From positions 1 through 54,514 of the forward strand of contig JBDREN010000105.1 in assembly GCA_043819795.1 (NCBI GenBank): a stretch of 54,514 nt of DNA. The letters run 5' to 3'. This DNA comes from Elusimicrobiota bacterium (GTDB taxonomy: Bacteria; Elusimicrobiota; Elusimicrobia; UBA1565). Positions 46,529-54,514 of this stretch are shown here, piece by piece. Under the pieces are notes generated by a model. That model ran no database searches. It saw nothing but the letters and a program-made list of their open reading frames with translations, and was not told the DNA's origin. How positions within the stretch are numbered: the first letter of the stretch is position 1; the number at the start of each line of letters is the position of its first letter. The position numbers and the translations under genes were made by a program.

Positions 46529-47787
46529 TTGAAGATCTACTTTAAGACGTTCGGGTGCCGCGTCAACCAGTACGAAACGCAGGGTCTGCGCGAGAGGCTG
46601 CTCGCGGACGGGACCTCGCGCGCCGTCTCGGACTTCGGGACGGCCGACGTATGCGTGGTCAACACCTGCACGGTGACGCGCCGGGCGGACAAGGACGCGC
46701 TGCAGCTCGCCCGGCGCATCGCCCGGCGCAACCCGGGCGCCCGCCTCCTCGTCACGGGCTGCCTCGCGACGCGCGCGCCCGAGGAGGTCCTCGGCGCGGC
46801 CCCGTCGGCCATCCTCTTCCCGAACGAGCGCAAGGGGGAGATCCCCGCGCTCTTGGGCTCCGGCGACGCCGCGGCCGCGATTTGCGGCTTCAGCGGCGCT
46901 CGCGGGCGTTCGTCAAGGCGCAGGACGGCTGCGACATGCGCTGCGCCTACTGCGTCGTCCCCTCGGTCCGGTCCCGGCTCTCCTGCAAGCCCTTCGCGAC
47001 GCTCGAGGCGGAGGTCCGCTCCCTGGTCGCGGCCGGCTACCGGGAGATCGTCCTCTGCGGCATCCGCCTGGGGCGCTACCTGGTCGAAGTCCCGGGCGGC
47101 CGGCGGATGGATTTCCTCGGGATGCTGGAGCGGCTCCTGACGCCGCCGGGCGATTTCCGCATCCGGCTTTCCTCGCTCGAGATCACCGACATCACGGGCC
47201 GCTTCGTGGACCTCTTCGAGGGCTCGGGCGGCCGGCTCTGTCCGTCGTTCCATCTGCCGCTGCAGAGCGGCTCGGAGACGGTGCTCCGGCGCATGAATCG
47301 GTGGTACTCCGTGGAGTTCTACGCACGTCGTCTGTCGGCCCTCAAGAGCCGGCTCCCGGAGGCGGGCGTCTTCACGGACGTCATGGTCGGCTACCCGGGC
47401 GAGACCGAGCGGGAGGCGGCCGACAGCTTCGAGTTCGTCCGCGGCTGCGGTTTCTCGGGCCTGCACGTGTTCCGCTATTCGCGGCGCGCCGGCACGCCCG
47501 CCGCGGAGCGTTCGGACCATCTTCCGGACGGGACCGTACTGGAGCGGGCCGAGCGCATGCGGGCTCTCGACCGCGGGCTGCGCCGGGACTTCGCGGCGGC
47601 CGCGGTGGGGAGCCGGCGCCGGGTCCTGGTGGAGACGCGCGGCTCCCGCCCCGTGGGCATGACCGACCATTTCCTGCGCGTCGTTCTCGACCGCGATCCC
47701 GGCCCGGGGCTTCATTGGGCGCGCATCGTGTCGGCCGAGGGCGCGGCCGCCCAGGCTGAAGTTATGGCGTCAGGCTGCAACTTATGA
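46529..47787 (+). CDS. mtaB: Radical-SAM tRNA methylthiotransferase, MtaB/MiaB-like (interrupted by a -1 frameshift in a G-run near 46904-46906)
   Basis: Frame A (TTG 46529) gives MKIYFKTFGCRVNQYETQGL…VVNTCTVT…LVTGCLA…ICGFSGARG. Frame B (track ORF 46555..47787) gives RAFVKAQDGCDMRCAYCVVP…radical-SAM core and a TRAM-like C-terminus. Inserting one G (GGG->GGGG) restores …FSGARGAFVKAQDGCDMRCAYC. Confidence 0.8.
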
Positions 47788-47840
47788 AACTTATGGTCTC
47801 GGTAAGTCGGAGTTCGTCCAATAAGTTGCAGCCTGACGCC
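47766..47840 (+). repeat. Long hairpin spanning the mtaB stop codon: 20-bp perfect stem ggcgtcaggctgcaacttat / ataagttgcagcctgacgcc with 35-nt loop
   Basis: Read in sequence. The stop TGA 47785-47787 lies at the stem end. A T5 run at ~47876-47881 follows downstream. Confidence 0.75.
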
Positions 47841-47918
47841 GGTCCGCCGGTCGGCCTGACGCCGGTCGCGGTTGCTGTTTTTGGAGGGAATTAGATATAG
47901 TTGCATCGAGGAGTTTTA

Positions 47919-48266
47919 ATGGCTGACATGGGAAACTGCCTGTTCTGTAAGATCGTCGCCGGAGAGGTCTCGTCGAACAAGGTCTACGAGGATGATCAGG
48001 CCATCGCGTTCAAGGACCTCAATCCCGCCGCGCCGACGCATTTCCTGATCATCCCCAAGAAGCACATCGATGGCCTCTCCGCGTCGACCGACGACGACAG
48101 GGGCATCCTGGGGCATCTGCAGGGCGTGATCCGGAAGCTCGCGGTCGAGAACGGCCTCGAGAGTTTCCGCGTCGTGGCGAACAACGGTCGCGGGGCCGGG
48201 CAGTCCGTGTTTCATCTGCATTATCACTTGTTGTCCGGCCGCCGCATGAACTGGCCGCCCGGCTGA
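47919..48266 (+). CDS. HIT-family (histidine triad) nucleotide hydrolase
   Basis: MADMGNCLFCKIVAGEV…AFKDLNPAAPTHFLIIPKKHI…SVFHLHYHLLSG; GAGGAG SD before ATG 47919. Confidence 0.85.
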   Translation: MADMGNCLFCKIVAGEVSSNKVYEDDQAIAFKDLNPAAPTHFLIIPKKHIDGLSASTDDDRGILGHLQGVIRKLAVENGLESFRVVANNGRGAGQSVFHLHYHLLSGRRMNWPPG

Positions 48267-48354
48267 CGGCTTCCTAAGTCGGTGCTGCCGGTAAGTCCGT
48301 AGGTCGGGGGGGATCGAGGCGGGCCCGTTCTCGGAGTGGGCCCGGTTGCCGTCT

Positions 48355-50151
48355 ATGGCGAGGATCGCCGAAGCTTCCGTCGAAGATATACGCGACCGGA
48401 CCGACATCGTCGAGCTGGTCCGGGAATACGTCCCGGGCCTGAAGGCGGCCGGCCGCAACCACAAGGCTTGCTGCCCGTTCCATCAAGAGAAGACCCCTTC
48501 GTTCATGGTCAACCCCGAGCGGCAGATCTTCCACTGCTTCGGCTGCCAGACCGGAGGGGACGTCTTCGCCTTCGTCATGAAGCTGGAGGGGCTTTCCTTC
48601 CCCGAGGCCGTCACGAAGCTCGGCGAGCGCGTGGGCGTGCGCGTGGCTCCGGTCGAACGCGCGCTGAGCCCGGCGGACAAGGATCGGCTGAGGGTCCGCA
48701 AGGTCCTCGAGTCGGCCCGGGAGTACTACCACGGCCTGCTCAAGAAGCTCCCCGAGGCCGCCGCCGCCCGCCGATACCTGGCCGAGCGAGGCCTGGACGA
48801 GGAGACGATCGGCCGGTTCCGGCTCGGGTTCGCCCCGCGCGCGGGGGGCCTCCTGGCCGCGGCCGGGCGCAAGGGCTATGAGCCCGAGACCCTGCAGAAG
48901 GCCGGCTTGGCGGCCCAGCGGGAAGGGCAGGGGAGCTACCGGGACTACTTCTGGGCGCGAGTCCTGTTCCCGATCCTGAACGCCAAGGGGGAGACCGTGG
49001 GGTTCGGGGCCCGGCTGATGGGCGACGGCGAGCCGAAATACCTGAACTCTCCCGACACGGCCGTCTTCTCCAAGGGGCGGGTCCTCTACGGGCTCCATGA
49101 CGCCTTACCCACGTTGCGCAAGCGGCGGGAGTGCCTGCTCCTGGAGGGCTACATGGACGTGCTGGCCGCGTATCAGTTCGGCTTCACCAACGCGTGCGCG
49201 CCGCTGGGCACGGCGGTGACCGAGGACCACGTGGCGCTGCTCAAGCGCTACGTGGACCGGATCACGATCGTTTTCGACCCGGACGCGGCCGGGGCGGCGG
49301 CCGCGCTGCGGGGCGCGGAGCTCGCCTTGGAAAAGGGACTGGCCGTGGCGATCGCGACGCTGCCGGAGGGGCTCGATCCGGACGAACTGTTGCATAAACG
49401 CGGTGTCGAGGCGTTCAAGGCCGCGTTGGAGGCGGCGGAGGACCTGGCGGCGTTCAAGACGGGGCTCTTGCTCAAGGGGAGGAGGAAGCCCCTGCCGTCC
49501 GACGTGAAGTCCCGGATCGCCTCGCAGGTCCTCGAGACCATACGGAGATGCCCGGACGAGGTGCTCAAGAGCGAATGGATCCGGGGGTTGGCGGAGCGGC
49601 TCGGGGTGGACGAGCAGTCCCTGCGCCTGCAGCTGCAGAAAGGCGCCGAAGCCTCGCCCGCCCGGCGCTGGACGCGCAAGCCCGCGCCGGGCCGCGCGCC
49701 GGAGAGCCCTCTGCCGGTCGTGGAGCGCGACATCCTTCTTTACGTGCTGAAGGAGCCGGCGCTCGCGACCGCGGACGAGCGGTCCATCGGCGACGCGCTG
49801 GTGACGGAGTCCGATTTCACCGATGAGAGGGCGCGCCGGATATTCGCCCGGCTGCGCGAAGCCCTCGGCGGTCCGGAAAAAGGAGGCGACTGGTCGACGC
49901 GCCTGCTGGACGCTCTCGATGTGCGGGACGCGGCGCTGGTCCGGGAGCTTCTGCTCGACGAGCGCGAGGCGCTCGAGCCTGAGCGTGTCGTCGCGGAGCT
50001 GGTGGGCCGCATGCGTAAGAAGCGCCGGCTCGCCGAGATCGAGCCCGTCGTGCTCAAGATGGTCGGGGGGGAGACGCCCCTGGACCCGGATATCCAGCGC
50101 GAGTACAATCGCTTACTGGCGGAGCTGAGCGGAGGACGGAGAGGAGCGTAG
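48355..50151 (+). CDS. dnaG: DNA primase DnaG
   Basis: [43 protein letters not shown] (CHC2 zinc finger); TOPRIM region …[24 protein letters not shown]…. Confidence 0.93.
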   Translation: MARIAEASVEDIRDRTDIVELVREYVPGLKAAGRNHKACCPFHQEKTPSFMVNPERQIFHCFGCQTGGDVFAFVMKLEGLSFPEAVTKLGERVGVRVAPVERALSPADKDRLRVRKVLESAREYYHGLLKKLPEAAAARRYLAERGLDEETIGRFRLGFAPRAGGLLAAAGRKGYEPETLQKAGLAAQREGQGSYRDYFWARVLFPILNAKGETVGFGARLMGDGEPKYLNSPDTAVFSKGRVLYGLHDALPTLRKRRECLLLEGYMDVLAAYQFGFTNACAPLGTAVTEDHVALLKRYVDRITIVFDPDAAGAAAALRGAELALEKGLAVAIATLPEGLDPDELLHKRGVEAFKAALEAAEDLAAFKTGLLLKGRRKPLPSDVKSRIASQVLETIRRCPDEVLKSEWIRGLAERLGVDEQSLRLQLQKGAEASPARRWTRKPAPGRAPESPLPVVERDILLYVLKEPALATADERSIGDALVTESDFTDERARRIFARLREALGGPEKGGDWSTRLLDALDVRDAALVRELLLDEREALEPERVVAELVGRMRKKRRLAEIEPVVLKMVGGETPLDPDIQREYNRLLAELSGGRRGA

Positions 50152-50156
50152 AGCGA

Positions 50157-51869
50157 ATGGCCAGCATTTCCAAGCAGGCGTTGGGCGACCTTATCGAGAT
50201 GGGGAAAGAGCACGGCTTCCTGACGCTCGAGGAGATCAACCGCTCCCTGACGGCGGGGCACATGTCCTCCGATGAGATCGACGGCCTCATGTCGACCCTC
50301 GAGGACCTGGGCATCGAGGTGGTCAGCCGCAAGAAGTTCAAGTCCCATCAGGCCGAGAAGGAGGCCTATACCGAGGAATGGGAGTCCACGCCCGACGTGT
50401 CGAACTCCATCCGGATGTACCTCTCCGAGATGGGCAAGGTACCCCTTCTCAACCGCGAGGAGGAGGTGATGCTCGCCCGGAACGTCCGCGAGCGCGAGAA
50501 GGAGCTGCGGCTTTTGGTCCTGGAGTCGCCGATCACGATGCGCGAGGTCCGCAACTGGGAGACCCTCATCGCCCTGCAGGAGATGACGCCGAAGGAGCTC
50601 ATGCCCCGCGGCCGCAAGACGAACTACGAGCTGGCGGCCATGCGCCGGAAGATGAGGGCGGTCTCGCAGTTCATCACGAAGTCCGAGAAGAAGATAAACG
50701 CCCTTCGGGACAAGCTCGCGAAGAAGAACCTGCGCGACAAGCAGCGCCAGAAGCTCACGAGGTCGATCGAGGCCCATAACAAGGAGATCGTCAAGAAGAT
50801 CATCGGCCTCAACCTCAACCAGGACAAGATCAAGCGCCTCACCAACAAGATCAAGAGCGCGGCCGCGAAGATCAAGGAGTGCCTCCACGAGATCGAGGGC
50901 TATCAGAGGCGCTACGGAGCCTCCTACCGTCAGCTCAACACCTACGCGAGCCGGGTAGCGAAGCGGAAGATGACCGCCGGGGCTTTCAAGGCGAAGACCG
51001 GCTACGCGCCCTCCGCCCTCGACGCGGCTCTGGCCAACATGAAGGCCGTCTCGGAGCGCCTGCAGCGCCTCTTGCACACGATCCCGGTCCCGACCGAGCA
51101 GTTCCTCCAGCTCGATCGCAAGATCCGGACGCTGGAGGAGCAGATCCTCAAGGACAAGCTCAAGCTCATCAAGGCCAACCTGCGGCTGGTGGTGTCGATC
51201 GCGAAGAAGCACGTCAACTCGAACCTCGAGCTCTCCGACCTCATCCAGGAGGGGGGGCTGGGGCTCATGAAGGCCGTCGAGAAGTTCGAGTACAAGCGCG
51301 GTTTCAAGTTCTCGACCTACGCGACCTGGTGGATCCGGCAGTCGATCAACCGGGCGATCGCCGACCAGGCGCGCACGATCCGCATCCCGGTCCACATGAA
51401 GGAGCTCATCTCGAAGCTGATGAAGGTGACGCGCCGCCACCGCCAGGAGCACGGCCGCGAGCCCACGCTCGAGGAGTACACGCGCCGCCTGCATATCACG
51501 GTGGAGAAGGTGAAGACCGTCCTCAAGATCATGCAGGAGCCGATATCGCTCGCGACGCCGATCGGCGAGGACGAGGACTCCTACCTGGAGGACTTCATCG
51601 AGGACAAGGCCGGGCCCGCCCCCTCGAGCGCGGCGCAGTCCTTCCTGCGGAGCAAGGAAGTGGACAAGGTCCTCGCCACGCTGACCGACAGGGAGTCCAG
51701 GATCATCAAGCTGCGCTTCGGCATCGGCACCGGCTACCCCAGGACGCTCGAGGAGGTCGGGAAGATCTTCAAGGTGACGCGCGAGCGCGTGCGCCAGATC
51801 GAGTCGAAGGCCGTGCGCAAGCTGCGCCACCCGTCGAGGTCCCGCGGGCTGCGCGACTACATGGAATGA
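50157..51869 (+). CDS. rpoD: RNA polymerase primary sigma factor RpoD (sigma-70)
   Basis: …[54 protein letters not shown]…[41 protein letters not shown]. Confidence 0.95.
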   Translation: MASISKQALGDLIEMGKEHGFLTLEEINRSLTAGHMSSDEIDGLMSTLEDLGIEVVSRKKFKSHQAEKEAYTEEWESTPDVSNSIRMYLSEMGKVPLLNREEEVMLARNVREREKELRLLVLESPITMREVRNWETLIALQEMTPKELMPRGRKTNYELAAMRRKMRAVSQFITKSEKKINALRDKLAKKNLRDKQRQKLTRSIEAHNKEIVKKIIGLNLNQDKIKRLTNKIKSAAAKIKECLHEIEGYQRRYGASYRQLNTYASRVAKRKMTAGAFKAKTGYAPSALDAALANMKAVSERLQRLLHTIPVPTEQFLQLDRKIRTLEEQILKDKLKLIKANLRLVVSIAKKHVNSNLELSDLIQEGGLGLMKAVEKFEYKRGFKFSTYATWWIRQSINRAIADQARTIRIPVHMKELISKLMKVTRRHRQEHGREPTLEEYTRRLHITVEKVKTVLKIMQEPISLATPIGEDEDSYLEDFIEDKAGPAPSSAAQSFLRSKEVDKVLATLTDRESRIIKLRFGIGTGYPRTLEEVGKIFKVTRERVRQIESKAVRKLRHPSRSRGLRDYME

Positions 51870-52162
51870 GAGGAAGAAACGAAGCCGGGCTGCAGCGCGC
51901 CGTGCTGACGGCGGCCGTCGTGCTGGTCCTGCTGATCGCTTATCACGGGGTCCGCAAGGCGGCGCGCCGCTGGGCGGCCCCGAGACCGCCGGCGACCCGC
52001 ACGGTAGAGCGTCCCCGAGACGCCGGCCGGACCGAGACGCCGCCGACCTATATCCCCCCGATCCGGGTGATCCGGGAGGCGGGCGCGCGGAGGAAGGCCC
52101 CCGAGGAGGCTCCTCCTCCGGTCCCGATGCCGCCGATCGCCCCGGACCGCGCGGCGCCGTGA
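51866..52162 (+). CDS. Small Pro-rich membrane-anchored hypothetical protein; start ATG overlaps the rpoD stop (ATGA)
   Basis: [29 protein letters not shown]…[16 protein letters not shown]. It is the 3' part of track ORF 50879..52162, whose upstream part is junk inside rpoD. Confidence 0.45.
   Translation: MRGRNEAGLQRAVLTAAVVLVLLIAYHGVRKAARRWAAPRPPATRTVERPRDAGRTETPPTYIPPIRVIREAGARRKAPEEAPPPVPMPPIAPDRAAP
52119..52159 (+). repeat. Imperfect ~41-50-bp direct repeat copy A (gtcccgatgccgccgatcgccccggaccgcgcggcgcc) flanking the Wzy-like gene; encodes …[13 protein letters not shown]
   Basis: Matches 53999-54039 with 2 mismatches in the 38-nt core (both repeats are 41 nt including the stop). Confidence 0.8.
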
Positions 52163-52163
52163 C

Positions 52164-53942
52164 GTGACGCCCCTTCTCATCCTCGAGGGGGGGCTCTGGC
52201 TGGCCGTCCTCGGGACGTCCCTCGCCTGGACGGACGCGCTCCTGGCGGAATACGTCCTGCCGAAACTCCTGCTTCTGTCGTTGGCCGTGCTCGTATGCGC
52301 CGTCGGCACGGCGCTCTCCCGGCGATCAGGGCCCCGGTTCGTCCGGCCGACGGCCTTGGACCCCCCCTTGCTTTGCGTCGGTGCTGCCCTGCTTCTGTCT
52401 ACGGCTTTCTCTCAAGATCGTCTTCTCAGCGTCCTGGGCCACTATAATTCCCACGTCCTCGGGGTCTGGCCGCTGCTTCTGTGTGCGGCCGTCTATTATT
52501 CCACGGCTTGGCGCGCGGGAGTCGGCGGCGTCAAGCGGGTTCTGCGGGTATGCCTCGTCGCCGGGGCCGTGGTGGGGGCCTATGCGCTTCTGCAGGCGGC
52601 CGGGTTGGAGGTCTTCCCGCGTGTAGCGAAGCTGCCTCAAGGACGGGCGATTTCAACGATCGGAGGCCCCGTATTCCTAGGCGCTTACCTCGCTGTTCTG
52701 CTGCCGTTGGCTCTGCATTGGTTCTTGTCTGGCGGTCGTGAGCGGGTCTTTGGAGGCGTCTGCGTCGCGTTGATGGCGGGAGGCCTGTGGGCCACGGCGT
52801 CCCGTGGTTCTTGGCTGGGGGCCGCCGCCGGATGCGTCGCGTATGGGGCGTTGCGCCACGGCTTCCGCCAGCCGCGTTGGAGCGGGAAGGAGTGGCTGTT
52901 CGCCGCTTGTCTGGTGGCGGTCCTGGGCGGCCTCGCCGTCCTCGGGCTCTCGACGCGGGATATCCGTTGGCATGAGGCTCCGCGACTGGAGATATGGAAG
53001 GCCGCAGTCCAGACCTTCCAGGGTGCGCCCCTTCTTGGTTCCGGACCGGACACCTTCGAGCTGGGTTTCCGGCGTTTTAGGACAGACCAGTTCATCAGAT
53101 GGGTCAATGTGCTCGTGTTTCAGATCCACGCTCACAACGACATCCTGCAGGCTCTTGCGACGACGGGGATCGTCGGATTCTCCTGCTGGCTTTTTCTGCT
53201 TGTCGGCTTGGTCCGGGCGGCGTTGCGGGGTCTCAGGGCGTCCGAGGGGAGGCTCCTGGCCGCGGCGCTCTCGGCAGGCCTCCTGAGCCTGTTCGTCCAC
53301 ATGAAGTTCAATCCCGCCGGGATCGGGGCTATCGTCGTGGCGGCGGTATTCGCCGGGCATTTGTGCCGCCCGACCGGGGAGGGAGCGTCGCCGCAGCCGG
53401 CCTTCTGGCTCGTTGGGGCGGTGCTGGCGTTGGGGATACTGTCGGTGAGCCTAGCCTCGCGCATGGTCTGGGCCGACCGCCAGATGAAGCGGGGCCTCGC
53501 GCATCAAAAGGTGGGAAACGAAGGGGTCGCGTACGCGTATTTCAAGTCCGCGGTCCGGTTGAACCGCTGCGAGCTGGAGTACCGCAGGCAGATCGTGAAC
53601 CACCTGATCGAATGGGCTTACGGGGGACCGGGCGGGGAAGTGCGCGCCGAACTGTTCGACGTCGCGGCCGGGCATGCCGCCACGGCCATGGACTGCCATC
53701 CGAACGACATGTATGCCCACTACATCCTCGGGGTGTCGTTGCTCATGCAGGCGCAGGCGGGCCGGAGCGAGCGGCTCGAGCCGGCTGAGAACGCGCTGGA
53801 CGAAGCTCTCCAGCGCGACTCTTTGTATCTGCCGCTCATCGAGGCCCGCCTGAGGGCCGCGCGCCTGCGCGGGGACCAAGCCTTGGCAGAGCGGCTTTCC
53901 TCGAGGGTCGAGTACGTCGAGTCCTTGATGCGTCCGGAGTAG
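52164..53942 (+). CDS. O-antigen ligase/polymerase (Wzy_C) family polytopic membrane protein with C-terminal TPR-like soluble domain
   Basis: GTG start; >=10 TM segments; Wzy_C-like motif …FQIHAHNDILQALATTGIVGF…; C-terminal helical repeats. Confidence 0.65.
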   Translation: MTPLLILEGGLWLAVLGTSLAWTDALLAEYVLPKLLLLSLAVLVCAVGTALSRRSGPRFVRPTALDPPLLCVGAALLLSTAFSQDRLLSVLGHYNSHVLGVWPLLLCAAVYYSTAWRAGVGGVKRVLRVCLVAGAVVGAYALLQAAGLEVFPRVAKLPQGRAISTIGGPVFLGAYLAVLLPLALHWFLSGGRERVFGGVCVALMAGGLWATASRGSWLGAAAGCVAYGALRHGFRQPRWSGKEWLFAACLVAVLGGLAVLGLSTRDIRWHEAPRLEIWKAAVQTFQGAPLLGSGPDTFELGFRRFRTDQFIRWVNVLVFQIHAHNDILQALATTGIVGFSCWLFLLVGLVRAALRGLRASEGRLLAAALSAGLLSLFVHMKFNPAGIGAIVVAAVFAGHLCRPTGEGASPQPAFWLVGAVLALGILSVSLASRMVWADRQMKRGLAHQKVGNEGVAYAYFKSAVRLNRCELEYRRQIVNHLIEWAYGGPGGEVRAELFDVAAGHAATAMDCHPNDMYAHYILGVSLLMQAQAGRSERLEPAENALDEALQRDSLYLPLIEARLRAARLRGDQALAERLSSRVEYVESLMRPE

Positions 53943-53998
53943 GGGACCCAACGGTGGGCCTACGGACGGCCGGTTCCTCATAGGAAAGGCCCTCCCGC

Positions 53999-54039
53999 CG
54001 TCCCGATGCCTCCGATCACCCCGGACCGCGCGGCGCCAT
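53999..54039 (+). repeat. Direct repeat copy B (gtcccgatgcctccgatcaccccggaccgcgcggcgcc); in frame with the Wzy-like gene's stop, it would encode …VPMPPITPDRAAP* then TAG
   Basis: Same as copy A, read in sequence. Confidence 0.8.
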
Positions 54040-54151
54040 AGAAGCTTCTGCCGCGGTCTTGGACCGCGCATGCGAGCGCTCGCGGCGCGGAAGCCTTCCA
54101 CGTCTGGGTCCCGCGGGCAAGGGGCCGCGGGACGGAAGCCTTCGACGGGAG

Positions 54152-54246
54152 GGTGTGACTTTAGTCACACAAAATCGGGGACACACACAAAATCGGTTGA
54201 CAACACAAAATCGGGCCTTGACAGTGTTCGACGGTACTGCTAGACT
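54152..54246 (+). promoter_or_regulatory. Iteron-like regulatory region: inverted repeat GTGTGACT-tt-AGTCACAC (54152-54169), three direct repeats CACAAAATCGG at 54167/54186/54204 (18-19 bp period), then promoter TTGACA (54218-54223)-N17-TAGACT (54241-54246)
   Basis: All elements read directly. Located ~25 nt upstream of ATG 54271 of a secreted-protein gene. Confidence 0.6.
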
Positions 54247-54270
54247 TTGATTTGTCGCAATCTGAAACAT

Positions 54271-54514
54271 ATGCTTGTGCCTGCGTTTAACGCCGAGAAT
54301 GCAGGAGGCCGGTCCGCATATCGGGCCGCGCCTTTCATCCTTTTTTCCCTTTTTCTAGCGCTTCCGGCCGGGACGGCCGGCGCGGCGGTAACGATCACCT
54401 CGCTGACGGGTAAGGCGGAAGTCCGCGACCCCGCCGTCTCTCCCCTCATCTGGAACGGGGTGACGGTCAACTACATGATGAAGGACGGCGAGGAGATCCG
54501 CACCTCCCGCCGCT
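54271..54514 (+). CDS. Hypothetical secreted protein, 5' end (runs off window end)
   Basis: MLVPAFNAENAGGRSAYRAAPFILFSLFLALPAGTAGAAVTITSLTGKAEVRDPAVSPLIWNGVTVNYMMKDGEEIRTSRR…; signal-peptide-like h-region; not in the track because it has no stop inside the window. Confidence 0.45.
   Translation, partial: MLVPAFNAENAGGRSAYRAAPFILFSLFLALPAGTAGAAVTITSLTGKAEVRDPAVSPLIWNGVTVNYMMKDGEEIRTSRR

Noticed and set aside
54167-54214. Possible CRISPR-like spaced repeats (CACAAAATCGG x3)
   Set aside because: Only three 11-bp units with 7-8-bp spacers, far too short for a CRISPR array. They overlap a -35 box, so they are interpreted as transcription-factor binding repeats.

Overview
This is a high-GC (~68-70% by eye) bacterial chromosomal segment in two contrasting halves. 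Positions 1-19182 are a single minus-strand reading frame that is uninterrupted across the whole interval. It encodes the signal-peptide N-terminus and more than 6,390 codons of a giant secreted multidomain surface protein. Domains read off by eye are 3x LamG, FN3, PKD, Big_9/cadherin-like, at least six NHL-type beta-propellers, and C-terminal tandem Ig-like domains. The gene is built largely from a ~6.3-kb tandem super-repeat and runs off the window start. The six-frame track misses it because it has no stop inside the window; the long plus-strand ORFs there are antisense shadows. The remainder is mostly housekeeping and envelope genes: MltD-like lytic transglycosylase, an S46 dipeptidyl-peptidase, cysS-rlmB-CDF transporter, a DsbA/MauE-DoxX/CheY-like operon, an S8 subtilisin, a CIRCE-controlled hrcA-grpE-dnaK-(small Zn-ribbon ORF)-dnaJ-rsmE, mtaB, a HIT protein, dnaG-rpoD, and a Wzy_C/O-antigen-ligase-family protein. 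Accessory features are listed below:
- A ~1.8-kb low-GC islet is flanked by perfect 132-bp direct repeats and carries an integrase remnant plus a glycine-zipper/4-TM gene pair.
- A three-gene zinc-ribbon operon encodes Tim44-like/TerB, Zn-ribbon/TPR and SPFH/Zn-ribbon proteins.
- A secreted LamG-PKD-collagen-like (21 G-X-Y triplets) protein is present.
- Several palindromic and iteron-like intergenic regions occur.
- dnaJ and mtaB each carry a 1-nt homopolymer frameshift, most likely a sequencing/assembly error.

No rRNA, tRNA or CRISPR array was recognised by eye. Domain assignments are by motif recognition and need HMM confirmation.
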